IMG/VR virus record: IMGVR_UViG_3300005329_000012
Span: 25,544 to 89,543 of that record
Strand: one strand, 5' to 3'
Origin: a virus
DNA length: 64,000 nucleotides
Shown here: positions 19,597-29,356 of the stretch, piece by piece
Layout of the letters: every line of letters starts with the position of its first letter
Numbering within the stretch: the stretch's first letter is position 1
Position numbers and translations under genes: made by a program
The notes under the pieces: model-generated
What the model was told of the DNA's origin: nothing
The model's input: only the letters and a program-made list of their open reading frames with translations
The model's database searches: none

Positions 19597-21642
19597 GTGC
19601 CCACCCTGACGGAGATCGCGAGCGGCAACGCGAGCCTGACGCAGACCGTCTTCACGACGGACAACCTCGTCGTGGAGCCGCTGAACGGCCCGCAGTCCGT
19701 CGAGGACCTGATGGACCGCTTCCCGGAGGAGGTCTACCACCAGGGCCGCGACACGCACCTGTTCCGCCTGCTCCAGGCGCTCTGCGGCGACTCGGGCGCG
19801 GGGCTCGCGAAGAAGCAGGCGTACGCCGCGCGGCTCAAGTACGAGGCCGAGTTCGTCAGCTTCGACATCCTGAACGACGTCTACGTCGCCCAGTTCCAGT
19901 TCCAGCGCCTCCGCAGCGAGACGTACACGTACAACGCCGACGCCGACGCGCTCACGCCGACGCAGTGGAACCTCGTCGAGCTGGCCGACCAGCGGTACTA
20001 CCAGCGCGTGGCGAAGTTCTGGACCGCGGTCCGGTACGGCAACAACGGCGAGGGCATCCGCCTGGCCGCCGAGAGCGGCACGGGCGTCACGTGCGACATC
20101 AGCCCGCAGTACCGCTTCATCTTCGACCAGTACAGCGACCTCGCGCTCGGGCTCAAGCCCGACGGCATCACGCCAGCGTGCGAGGAGGTCGCGGTGCTCC
20201 CGCGCTTCGACCCGGGCAACGACGTCTCGTACGTCACGCCCTACGAGCGCGTCTGGGAGTTCACGTCCCCGACCCTGGACGGCGGCGTCAGCCGCCCGGT
20301 GCCCGCGCCGGTCGCGCAGTTCGCGGCCGAGCTGTCCTACGTCCCGCCGCCCCAGGCGAAGATCGACGTCGTCGGCTCCGCGACCGGCGCGGGCGAGACG
20401 ATCGCCATCCCGCCGCACCTGCCCGGCGACCTGATCCTGATCGTGGCGGCCAACAAGAACCGGCAGCCGACCATCCCCGCCGCGGGCGGGACCGTCCCGG
20501 CGTTCTCCTCCCCGAACCCCACGGAGACGTCCTCGCAGACGATGGGCCTCTACCTCCTGGTGGGCACGGCGGTCGCGACCGACTCCGGCCACACGTCCGG
20601 CACCTGGGCTGGCGCCGCGGGCCTGAACGCGCTCGTGCTCCGGCCGACCAACGGCACCATCGCCCCCGGCAACTTCAGCGTCTACCGCTGGAACGAGCGC
20701 GGCGAGCCGCAGAGCCCGTACGTGACCTGGCCGTCGCTGGACCTCGACAACGAGAACGGCACGTCCGCGGTCGTCCGCATGGTGACCCAGTCGGAGACGA
20801 CGGACAGCAACCTCGACGCCCCGCCGGTCGGCTACACGTGGGCCGCGGGCGTCGGCCTGCCGTTCGCCAAGCCGTACGGGCTGGCGACGCACTACCGCGC
20901 GGCCGTGCTCGACGACCCGCCCGAGGAGCGCACCCGCGGCACCAGCTCGAACGGGCCGCTCGGCTTCGTCGCCTACAGCTTCGAGGTCAAGATCGCGCCG
21001 AACCCCGGCGCCTACGTCGAGACCAAGCCCGCGCGCGAGGAGCGGTACACGGTCGAGAGCGACCAGCTGCTCGTCAAGGATCCGTTCTTCCGCCTGCTTC
21101 CCGAGATCGAGCGCAACGCCGTCGAGCTGATCGACCGCCTGCGGCCGGTCTCGTCGGCCGTCACCTTCAAGCCCGAGACCGCCAGGTACGACATCGTGCC
21201 GATCGAGACGCCGCCCGTCGCCTCCTCCGAGAGGATGAACGTGACGCGGTTCGTCACCGGCAACGCCTCGGTGCCGTGGCCCGACACGGACCCGGAGAGC
21301 AACCTGTTCATGGTCGCGGGCGTCGAGACCGAGCCCGGCAACTACTACGGGATGAACCGCGACCTCCCGGTGGTCTTCCTGGACGTCGAGAGCGAGCACG
21401 CCTACACGGGCGAGGCCCTGCTCGACCCGACGTACGGCAGCAACAGCTTCTACACCGCGGTCAACAACGTGTCGCCCTACGAGCAGTACCGCTCGGAGCA
21501 CACGGGCGCGTTCTTCCCGGTCATCGGGGCGATCTTCCCGTTCCTGCTCAACGTCCTGCCGTCGGCGGGCTTCACCGCCGAGCAGGCCGTCGCCAGCCAG
21601 AACACCCCGCTCGTCTTCGAGGGGAGCTTCCTTGACAGCTAA
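19597..21642 (+). CDS. Baseplate wedge/tail protein (gpI-like N-terminus)
   Basis: Follows baseplate J; ORF track. Confidence 0.6.
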   Translation: MPTLTEIASGNASLTQTVFTTDNLVVEPLNGPQSVEDLMDRFPEEVYHQGRDTHLFRLLQALCGDSGAGLAKKQAYAARLKYEAEFVSFDILNDVYVAQFQFQRLRSETYTYNADADALTPTQWNLVELADQRYYQRVAKFWTAVRYGNNGEGIRLAAESGTGVTCDISPQYRFIFDQYSDLALGLKPDGITPACEEVAVLPRFDPGNDVSYVTPYERVWEFTSPTLDGGVSRPVPAPVAQFAAELSYVPPPQAKIDVVGSATGAGETIAIPPHLPGDLILIVAANKNRQPTIPAAGGTVPAFSSPNPTETSSQTMGLYLLVGTAVATDSGHTSGTWAGAAGLNALVLRPTNGTIAPGNFSVYRWNERGEPQSPYVTWPSLDLDNENGTSAVVRMVTQSETTDSNLDAPPVGYTWAAGVGLPFAKPYGLATHYRAAVLDDPPEERTRGTSSNGPLGFVAYSFEVKIAPNPGAYVETKPAREERYTVESDQLLVKDPFFRLLPEIERNAVELIDRLRPVSSAVTFKPETARYDIVPIETPPVASSERMNVTRFVTGNASVPWPDTDPESNLFMVAGVETEPGNYYGMNRDLPVVFLDVESEHAYTGEALLDPTYGSNSFYTAVNNVSPYEQYRSEHTGAFFPVIGAIFPFLLNVLPSAGFTAEQAVASQNTPLVFEGSFLDS

Positions 21643-24600
21643 CCTGCTCGTCAACGCGGTCTACCCGATCGAGTACTTCACGCTCCCGGGCGTGGACGAG
21701 GTCCAGTACCCGGACAAGTTCTGGTGGGCCAGCAAGCAGCGGTTCGCCGCGCTGTTCCCGGGCTCGGACGGCTCCGTCTACACCCCGCCCGACCAGGGCG
21801 GCCAGTACACCAAGGAGGTCCTGGAGATCGACCTCGGCCGCATCCGCGAGGTCAACTACGTCAACATGGACGTGCTCCGGGTGCCGGTCGACGTCACCAT
21901 CGAGTACGACGCGATCTCCGCGCCGGACCGCACGTCGCTCTGGACGCCGGTCGCCCCGGTCGAGGGCCAGCCCTTCGACGACCGGGTGTTCTTCGACGCC
22001 GGGAACCGGGCGGCGTGGCTCAACGCCGACTACGTGTTCGCTACCAAGCGCGGGAACATGGTCCACACGCGGTACCTCCGCTTCACGTTCACCCGGCGCA
22101 CGGACGCCTGGCCGGTCGCGACCAGCTCGCAGTTCAAGTGGGCGGTCATGGTCAAGCACATGCGGATCGGCCGCTTCATCTCGTCGGCCAAGGACACCGT
22201 GGGGCCGCTGCTCGCGCAGGACACCCCGGCCGACCTGGAGGCGTACGTCGTCCCCTCGACGGACAACGCGCTCACGCGCGAGGTCAAGCAGCAGTTCCGC
22301 GTCCCGGCCTCGGCCGCGCGCGGCGGCGACGTGTGGCCCAACATCCTCGGCTTCGGCCTCCTGGCGCAGGTCGAGCCGGTGCTGACGGAGGGGACCGAGA
22401 TGCCGACCGAGTCGGACGTCAGCCTGTCGTGGTCGCTGTGGGACGTGTCCGACGGCCTCGCCCCGAACCGGCTCCTCACCGGCATCCACGAGGGCAGCTA
22501 CGACGTCGGGCTCAACTGGATCAACTGGTACCTGGAGGACCAGGACGCGATCCCGACCAACCCGGACACGCTCTACGAGTTCCGCGTCCTCAGCCTGAAC
22601 GACACGACGGTCAACCAGGTCTCGCTGACCCAGCAGTTCCTCTCCAGCACCCCGCTCCCGGGCACGCTCGCGTTCGTCAGCGGCGACGCCACGGTGGCCG
22701 CCACCGCCCCGCAGGACCTCGTGCTGACCGAGGGCGCGTGGGTCCAGACGCCCGCGACCGGCGTGGCGCTCCAGGTGGACTCCATGACGAGCGACGTCGA
22801 GTTCGAGCTGACGACCGGCTTCCCGAGCGCGAGCGCGCCGACCGCGACCGCGAGCCGCGTCTACCCGGTCTCGAAGTACGACCCGGTGGTCGGCGACTAC
22901 GTGCAGGACGGCTCGCGCAACCTCGTGATGCGCGTCTGGGCGGACGTGGCCGACGAGGGCCGCGACTTCCTCGGCAACTCGTACCGCTACGGCGTCCGGC
23001 GCGAGAAGGCGCAGTACGTCGTGGACGGCAACAAGGCGGGCTGGATGAGCGACCCGGTCCCGAGCCCGGACGGCGTCGAGAGCCTCTACTTCGACCTCCG
23101 CGAGTGGAGCACGGACGACAACGAGTACCTGCTGCGCCTGATCGACGGCGTGCTCATCTCGGCCCGCACCCCGGGCGTCAAGATGAACGCCTACTACTCG
23201 CGCGAGAACGTGCAGGGCGACAAGCCGGTGCTGCCGGACGAGTGGGACCACCTGCTCTGGACGCCGGTCGCGCAGACGTCGTGGACGCTCCGCTCCAACG
23301 AGCACATCGAGTTCCCGCAGCCGGTCCGGTGCGCCTACGTCAAGCTGGAGTTCACGAGCCTGAACCCGCTCCCGTGGCGCGTGCCGACCTTCCCGCCGCT
23401 CCCGCCGAAGGTCTACCGCCGCTTCCCGACGTGGGTCGAGGACCAGTTCACCAACTCGCAGCTCCGCAACGTGGTCGAGGACTGGTGGCTCCGCTCGAAG
23501 ACGCCGGTCCAGACGCAGGTCCTCGACGACCTCACCGACCCGGTGCTGGAGTTCGAGTACAAGGAGCGCGAGTTCTTCTCCGCGCTGGCGCTCGGCGAGG
23601 TCAAGGAGTCGCAGCTCATCAACACGAACCTCGTGAACACCGACGAGCGCAGCGTCTTCGACCCGGTGACGGGCTCGAAGATCTTCCTGTCCTACTCGGA
23701 CAAGTACAAGTCGACCCTGCTCGCGAGCGTCGACCAGGACTCCGTGCTCGGCCGGATGGTCGTGCAGCGGTTCGACCCGTTCGCCTCGGGCACCACCGAG
23801 CGGCAGGTGAACCCCGTGCCGCTCGACGCCATCCCGACGGTCTCCAGCACCAACAACCGCGTCTCCGAGGCGTACTCCCACCTGGTCGGCGTCCCGATGC
23901 GGTTCAACCGCACCTGCCGCCACGTGTACCGCGAGGACGCCGCGGAGTTCAACCGCAAGGCGTACTTCGTCGGCATCGACGAGGTACAGTTCATCCGCAA
24001 CCGCTACACGGTCAAGCACGACGACGACATCATCAAGGACGTGCTCGCCGACGACGTGCTGCTGGAGGACAACACCTGGGAGCGCGAGACCGGCACGCAG
24101 ATCGAGGACGGCCAGACGGTCTACGTCACCTACCAGAACGACACGCAGTACACCGACGAGGCCGTGACCCTGACGGGCACCCTCCCGGTCAAGCTGGAGG
24201 GCCAGGGCGGCACCCTCGCGAACGTCCTCGTCTACAGCAGCCCCTCGAAGCTCGGCGTCCAGTACTGGCAGAACGACGACTGGGTCGTGGACCACAAGCG
24301 CGACGAGGACGGCGTGCTCACCCACTGGATCTCCCGCTCGGTCTACACCCAGCGCATGGGCGTCCCGGAGCAGCCGACGGTCTACGCGGACGCGGCCGTG
24401 GTCGTCGGGCGCGCGGCCATCCCGGCCCCGCCGACCGAGGACTCGGGCGTGGTCGTGGGCGCGGGCACCGTCCTGGCGGACGAGGGTCCGTACGCCCCGA
24501 GCTACGGCACCGGCACCTACGGCGGCCCCGGCCCGGCGCCGGGCGGCCAGTACGACAACATGGCGAGCGCCTACGCGGACGCCGCGACCTCGGTCGGCGA

Positions 24601-24703
24601 CGGCGACGCCTCCGTCACCGACGAGGGCATCCAGCACGACGACGGCGCGACCGCGACCGGCGTGGCGGTCCTCTCTGGCGCCGAGGACTTCACGGACGTA
24701 TAA
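21632..24703 (+). CDS. Large minor tail/baseplate protein
   Basis: 1023 aa with discoidin-like LEIDLG...YLRFTF motifs; operon position. Confidence 0.6.
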   Translation: MTANLLVNAVYPIEYFTLPGVDEVQYPDKFWWASKQRFAALFPGSDGSVYTPPDQGGQYTKEVLEIDLGRIREVNYVNMDVLRVPVDVTIEYDAISAPDRTSLWTPVAPVEGQPFDDRVFFDAGNRAAWLNADYVFATKRGNMVHTRYLRFTFTRRTDAWPVATSSQFKWAVMVKHMRIGRFISSAKDTVGPLLAQDTPADLEAYVVPSTDNALTREVKQQFRVPASAARGGDVWPNILGFGLLAQVEPVLTEGTEMPTESDVSLSWSLWDVSDGLAPNRLLTGIHEGSYDVGLNWINWYLEDQDAIPTNPDTLYEFRVLSLNDTTVNQVSLTQQFLSSTPLPGTLAFVSGDATVAATAPQDLVLTEGAWVQTPATGVALQVDSMTSDVEFELTTGFPSASAPTATASRVYPVSKYDPVVGDYVQDGSRNLVMRVWADVADEGRDFLGNSYRYGVRREKAQYVVDGNKAGWMSDPVPSPDGVESLYFDLREWSTDDNEYLLRLIDGVLISARTPGVKMNAYYSRENVQGDKPVLPDEWDHLLWTPVAQTSWTLRSNEHIEFPQPVRCAYVKLEFTSLNPLPWRVPTFPPLPPKVYRRFPTWVEDQFTNSQLRNVVEDWWLRSKTPVQTQVLDDLTDPVLEFEYKEREFFSALALGEVKESQLINTNLVNTDERSVFDPVTGSKIFLSYSDKYKSTLLASVDQDSVLGRMVVQRFDPFASGTTERQVNPVPLDAIPTVSSTNNRVSEAYSHLVGVPMRFNRTCRHVYREDAAEFNRKAYFVGIDEVQFIRNRYTVKHDDDIIKDVLADDVLLEDNTWERETGTQIEDGQTVYVTYQNDTQYTDEAVTLTGTLPVKLEGQGGTLANVLVYSSPSKLGVQYWQNDDWVVDHKRDEDGVLTHWISRSVYTQRMGVPEQPTVYADAAVVVGRAAIPAPPTEDSGVVVGAGTVLADEGPYAPSYGTGTYGGPGPAPGGQYDNMASAYADAATSVGDGDASVTDEGIQHDDGATATGVAVLSGAEDFTDV

Positions 24704-24709
24704 CAGGCG

Positions 24710-26917
24710 ATGCCCTTCCCCGTAGGAGACACCTTCGACGACCCGCGCGGGCGCTGGAACGTCCCGACCCCGTGGGACGACTCCATCACGGAGGAGGTCG
24801 CCAACCCCTCGGCGGCCGACTTCCTGGCGACGCAGGAGCACGTCGACCTGCGCTCGTTCCGCGTCGCGGCGGACTCCCTCGCGGTGCCGCAGTACCCCGA
24901 CCTGGACACGGTGCCCCAGGACCCGTACCTGGACGACGTCTTCCAGACGAACCTTGAGGTCAAGCTCGGCGACATCTTCTCCGAGGACTGGCTGACCGAC
25001 ACCCACAGCGGCCTGACGCACTCGTACAGGGGCGCGTGGGACGTGACGGTCGCCTACTCGTCGGGGGACGTGGTGGAGTACAAGGGGAAGCACTACTCCG
25101 CGACCGGCAGCACGACCGGCGAGGCGCCGACCGGCATCGGCGCGCCGTGGAGCGAGACGTTCTTCTACGGGAAGATCGCGTCGCGCGGCGGCTGGTACGG
25201 CCTCCAGGTCACGACCGACGGCTCGGCGCTGGACACCGCGCTCCGCAGCTCGATCCCCGGCGACGCGGTCGACATCTCGAACGAGGACAAGCTCTCGATC
25301 GTCTTCCCGGACTGGCACACGTTCACGGCCGCGACGAGCACGGTCCAGCTCACGTCGAGCCCCGACGGCTCGTTCGGGACGGCGGCCTTCAACTCGGCCG
25401 CGGTCGCGTTCACCGGCAACACCGCGACCCTCCCGGAGCTGAGGCTGGCCCTGTCCGGCTTCACGTCCGGCGCGGGCACGGGCTTCACCCTGTCGTCCGT
25501 CTCGGGCATCAAGATCACGCTGAAGGGCTCGCCCGGCGCGGCCCAGACGATCACCGTCATGGCCGTCAGGGCCGTGAAGGACTCCTGGGTGCCGAGCGCG
25601 CTCGACTTCGACACGCGCTGGGGCATCATCACCCCGCCGGTCACGCTCGACGGCGCCGCCTACGCGGGCAGCGTCGCCAGGGCGTTCGAGTTCATCCGCG
25701 GCAACGGCACGCCGGACGACCCGTTCCCGGTGGACGGCGCCTACACGCTGTTCTTCAGCGGCGGGGGCGGGACCTCCCCGGCCGACGCCGTGCCGCCGCT
25801 GGTCAACACGCTCGCGATCATCCTCCGCGAGACCAAGATCTCCGACTCCGACGACGGCTCCGCGATCGTGGTCAGGCTCAAGTGGAACGAGGACACGCTG
25901 GAGTTCGAGGCGCAGCGGCGCGACACGGCCGCGGGCGTCACGAGCTACACGACGCTCTACCAGGAGACGATCAGCGCGCAGGGGCCGGACCCCAACTCCC
26001 TGTACGCCTGGAACGTCAAGCTGGTCGGCAAGAGCCTCGACTCGCGCGTGCTCCAGGTCAACCGCTCGCACGACACCGTAAGCACGGTCTGGACGCTCGA
26101 CACGCAGAGCAGCGACGACTGGACCTTCCGCAACGGCCGCGTCGGCTTCATGGCCGACCTGCTCAACCGGGACGCCTACGTCTCCGAGCTGACGCAGGCG
26201 CCGGTCGGCTACGCCACCCTGACGACGCGCGTCTACGAGGCCAGGACGCCCGTGGACGGGGCGCGCCTCCAGGCGGTCTTCGCGCCGGACGGCGACCTGT
26301 TCCAGACGCTCGACGGCCCGGACGCCTTCCGCGACCAGACCAAGACCGTCTCGGGCGCGGGCGGCATCCGCACGCTCTCCGGGCTCGACACGAACCAGTT
26401 CGTCGTGGACGACTGGTACGAGACGTACCTGGAGGCGCAGATCTGGGTGCCCGCCAACGTCTCCCGGGCCAACCAGCCCACCATCTCGCTCCAGTCGGGC
26501 GGCTCCTCGTACCCGCTCGTGATGCCGAGCCTCCAGCCGTCGCAGTGGAACTCGCTCCGCTTCGAGCTGCGCCGCTTCAAGGACCTCATCACCGGCCTGC
26601 CGTACAGCTTCAACTTCGGCCCCGGCGAGGCGCCGGACACCCCGCTCGGCTTCTTCTGGGTCGACTCGGTCGTCATCGGCCGCCGCCGGGTCTCCTGGAG
26701 CGTTCGCGCGGTCGAGAACGGCCCGTGGCGGCGCTTCTACGGCCTGGTCAACGACCCGAAGGGCGCGGTCCACTTCAACCCCGACGAGAGGGGCCGGTTC
26801 CTCCAGCTGAGGGCCGAGGCGCTGACCAACGACGCCTGGGTCAGCGAGTTCACCCTGTTCCCGCACTACGCCGAGCTGGGCCTGCCGCTGTACGACCGCG
26901 GGTTCGAAACCCGCTAG
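24710..26917 (+). CDS. Minor tail protein with carbohydrate-binding-like module
   Basis: YRGAWDVTVAYSSGDVVEYKGKHY (CBM5/12-like). Confidence 0.6.
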   Translation: MPFPVGDTFDDPRGRWNVPTPWDDSITEEVANPSAADFLATQEHVDLRSFRVAADSLAVPQYPDLDTVPQDPYLDDVFQTNLEVKLGDIFSEDWLTDTHSGLTHSYRGAWDVTVAYSSGDVVEYKGKHYSATGSTTGEAPTGIGAPWSETFFYGKIASRGGWYGLQVTTDGSALDTALRSSIPGDAVDISNEDKLSIVFPDWHTFTAATSTVQLTSSPDGSFGTAAFNSAAVAFTGNTATLPELRLALSGFTSGAGTGFTLSSVSGIKITLKGSPGAAQTITVMAVRAVKDSWVPSALDFDTRWGIITPPVTLDGAAYAGSVARAFEFIRGNGTPDDPFPVDGAYTLFFSGGGGTSPADAVPPLVNTLAIILRETKISDSDDGSAIVVRLKWNEDTLEFEAQRRDTAAGVTSYTTLYQETISAQGPDPNSLYAWNVKLVGKSLDSRVLQVNRSHDTVSTVWTLDTQSSDDWTFRNGRVGFMADLLNRDAYVSELTQAPVGYATLTTRVYEARTPVDGARLQAVFAPDGDLFQTLDGPDAFRDQTKTVSGAGGIRTLSGLDTNQFVVDDWYETYLEAQIWVPANVSRANQPTISLQSGGSSYPLVMPSLQPSQWNSLRFELRRFKDLITGLPYSFNFGPGEAPDTPLGFFWVDSVVIGRRRVSWSVRAVENGPWRRFYGLVNDPKGAVHFNPDERGRFLQLRAEALTNDAWVSEFTLFPHYAELGLPLYDRGFETR

Positions 26918-26998
26918 CTCCGAGCGGGTAAGTAGCGACATCAGTGGTTCCCGCGCCGCGGTGGCGCGGACGAAACTGGGCAGGAGGACAACACTGAC

Positions 26999-27919
26999 AT
27001 GGCAACGAACGTATACATCCGAGGGCTGAGCAGGCGCGGCTTCCGCGTGAAGTCCGTCGGCGGCACCATCAAGACCGTCAAGTTCGTCAAGGACGCGACG
27101 GCGGTCAACAACGTCCAGGTCGACATCGACGACCCGGCCACGCAGCAGGTCCTCTCGCGCGAGCGGGACAACTTCATCCGCGTGGCGAGCGCCACCGCCA
27201 ACACGACGTCGATCATCGGCCTCGACCGACGCGGCTTCCGCCTCACGAGCGGCGGCACGACCTCGAAGGTCAAGGTCGGCAACGTCGCCGTGACGACCGT
27301 GGACCTCGGCGACTACCGCGTCGCCCGCGTCCTGAGGCGCGAGAAGCGCGACTGGCTCCGCAGCACGTCGGTCTCGTCCGTGGCCATCCGCGGCCTGACC
27401 GAGGCGCAGGCGAGCTTCAACCTCTCCCGCGAGGCCGCCGCGACGGCGGTCCTCAACTCGACCGGCACGGCCCCGGCCGACGGCGCGACCGTCACCATCA
27501 ACGACCGCACCTACACCTGGAAGACCGCCCTCACCCCGACGGCGGGCCAGGTGCTCATCGGCGTGTCCTCGGACACGGCGCTCGACAACCTCGTGGCCGC
27601 CGTCAACGGCGCCGCGGGCTCGGGCACCACGTACGCGGCGGGCACCCTCAAGCCGACCGGCGTCACCGCTGGCGCGCGGGCGGGCACGGGGGCGACCGGC
27701 ACCGTGACCTTCACGGCCGCCGTCACCGGCTCGACCGGCAACACGTTCGCCTCGACCGAGACGTCGGCGCAGAACGCCTTCACCAACGGGGCCACCTTCA
27801 CGGGCGGCAGCTCGGTGGACAAGGTGCGCAAGAGCGCCACGGTCACGGTGGACCCGCGGCTCGCCAAGAACTACCAGCAGCTCCGCAGGCACTACCGGAG
27901 CTGGGTCGAGTCCGCGTAG
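26999..27919 (+). CDS. Putative virion protein with three internal repeats
   Basis: AGGAGG SD; repeats IRGLSRRGF / IIGLDRRGF / IRGLTEAQ. Confidence 0.65.
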   Translation: MATNVYIRGLSRRGFRVKSVGGTIKTVKFVKDATAVNNVQVDIDDPATQQVLSRERDNFIRVASATANTTSIIGLDRRGFRLTSGGTTSKVKVGNVAVTTVDLGDYRVARVLRREKRDWLRSTSVSSVAIRGLTEAQASFNLSREAAATAVLNSTGTAPADGATVTINDRTYTWKTALTPTAGQVLIGVSSDTALDNLVAAVNGAAGSGTTYAAGTLKPTGVTAGARAGTGATGTVTFTAAVTGSTGNTFASTETSAQNAFTNGATFTGGSSVDKVRKSATVTVDPRLAKNYQQLRRHYRSWVESA

Positions 27920-27962
27920 ACCAGTTTCCCCACCATACCTCACAGGAAACGGAGGAAAGCTG

Positions 27963-28217
27963 ATGAAGAAGCTGTTCGCACTGCTCGCCGTCGTCGGCAC
28001 TCTCCTGGTGGCAGGCTTCACCGGAGCGACGGCAGCGGCACCGGCCGCGTCCAACGTCGGCGCGATCGCGTACAACGTCGACCCAGGGGGCGGGTCCCCG
28101 ACCTCGTTCTTCTACTACTCGCGCGTGTACACGTTCTACGACGGGTACTGGCACTGGCTCAACTGCGAGTGGGTCATCTACTCGGACGGCAGCGCGATCC
28201 TGAACCGCTGCTGGTAA
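27963..28217 (+). CDS. Small secreted protein
   Basis: GGAGG SD; MKK + hydrophobic + AxA signal peptide; aromatic C-terminus with 2 Cys. Confidence 0.7.
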   Translation: MKKLFALLAVVGTLLVAGFTGATAAAPAASNVGAIAYNVDPGGGSPTSFFYYSRVYTFYDGYWHWLNCEWVIYSDGSAILNRCW

Positions 28218-28242
28218 GCGCCTAGCAAGCAGACCGGCGAAA

Positions 28243-28266
28243 GAGAGGCCCCGGAAGGGGCCTCTC
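28243..28266 (+). terminator. Hairpin terminator
   Basis: GAGAGGCCCC-GGAA-GGGGCCTCTC. Confidence 0.65.
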
Positions 28267-28285
28267 ACTCGTCGAAAACCCGTTC

Positions 28286-28849
28286 ATGACGAAGATGTGG
28301 CGCCGCTGGGCTAGGGCCAGGTCCCGGATGGGCCAGAGCCGAGCGCACTCAGGCGGCCGGGTGCTGGGGATGGTGGCGTTCGCCGCCGTGGTCCTGGCGG
28401 ACGGCCTCACGAAGCTCCTCCTCCCGAGCGAGACGCAGGTCGAGGACCACGGCCGCTGGAGCATGGTCCTGCACGGGGACCACGCCGGGAGCCTGTGGCC
28501 GGGCTGGGTCCCGCTCGCGGGCTACCTGTGCTTCCTCGCCTTCGCCCTCTGGCCGCCGACGCGCGTCGCCGGGTGCGCGGTCCTCGCGGCCTCGCTCTCG
28601 AACCGGCTCTGGACTCTCGCGCCGGGCGGCGTGCCCAACCCGTTCGTGGCCGACGGCCGCGACGGCGCTGGTGCGCTCGACCGCCTCGTCGGCGCCGGGT
28701 GGGTCTCCTACAACGTGGCCGACGTGGTCATCATCGTCGGCTGCTGGGCCATCGTCGCCCTGGTGGCCGTCTACACCGCGCGGGCCGCGCTCCGGGTCGG
28801 CGCAGAGTGGCGTTCTCTGCGCGCCGCGGAGGCGGGCGGGAAAGGGTAA
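28286..28849 (+). CDS. Signal peptidase II (LspA)-like membrane protein; start uncertain
   Basis: LADGLTK, ASLSNRL and SYNVADVVIIVG correspond to LspA DxxxK, GxxGNxxD and FNVAD motifs. Confidence 0.55.
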   Translation: MTKMWRRWARARSRMGQSRAHSGGRVLGMVAFAAVVLADGLTKLLLPSETQVEDHGRWSMVLHGDHAGSLWPGWVPLAGYLCFLAFALWPPTRVAGCAVLAASLSNRLWTLAPGGVPNPFVADGRDGAGALDRLVGAGWVSYNVADVVIIVGCWAIVALVAVYTARAALRVGAEWRSLRAAEAGGKG

Positions 28850-28903
28850 GGGCGCGGGCGACCGCGCCCCACAGGTGCCCAGAGGCGGCCGGAGAGGGGC
28901 CTT

Positions 28904-29182
28904 CTAGCCGACGCGCTCGGTCGGCTTGAGCCCGAGGTCGCGCTCGGCCGCCGCGAACATGCGGGCGCCGGTCGTCCGGGCCAGCTCCTCGCCGTCGTGG
29001 TCCTCCAGGACGACGGTCGGCAGGCCGCGCACCCCGGCGGCCTCGGCCTGGTCGGGGTGCTCGTCCACGTCCACGTGCACCAGCTCCAGGCCGTAGCTCT
29101 CGGCGAGCCTCTGGATCACCGGCTCCCACGCGCGGCACGGGCCGCACCAGGACGCCTCGTACTTCACCAGCTTGCGGGTCAC
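28904..29182 (-). CDS. Thioredoxin
   Basis: ASWCGPC active site, VDVD, GVRGLPT; GTG start 29182 with GAGGAGG SD. Confidence 0.9.
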   Translation of the reverse strand: MTRKLVKYEASWCGPCRAWEPVIQRLAESYGLELVHVDVDEHPDQAEAAGVRGLPTVVLEDHDGEELARTTGARMFAAAERDLGLKPTERVG

Positions 29183-29356
29183 GCGATCCTCCTCGCGGCG
29201 AAGGCGGGCTTCCTGCCCTCGGCGGCCATGTCCGCCCGGATCTTCTCGATGGCCCGGGCGGTCAGCGGGTTCGTCGACGCGGCCTTGTCCAGGCAGATGC
29301 TCGGCGAGATCCAGGGGAGCGCCTGGAGCATCAGGCCGCAGTGCTCGTGGCCGCAC

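Noticed and set aside
21572-28075. 2167-aa minus-strand ORF and similar long antisense or alternate-frame ORFs throughout
   Set aside because: They mirror genuine + strand genes, have no motifs, and show the composition typical of GC3-biased shadows.
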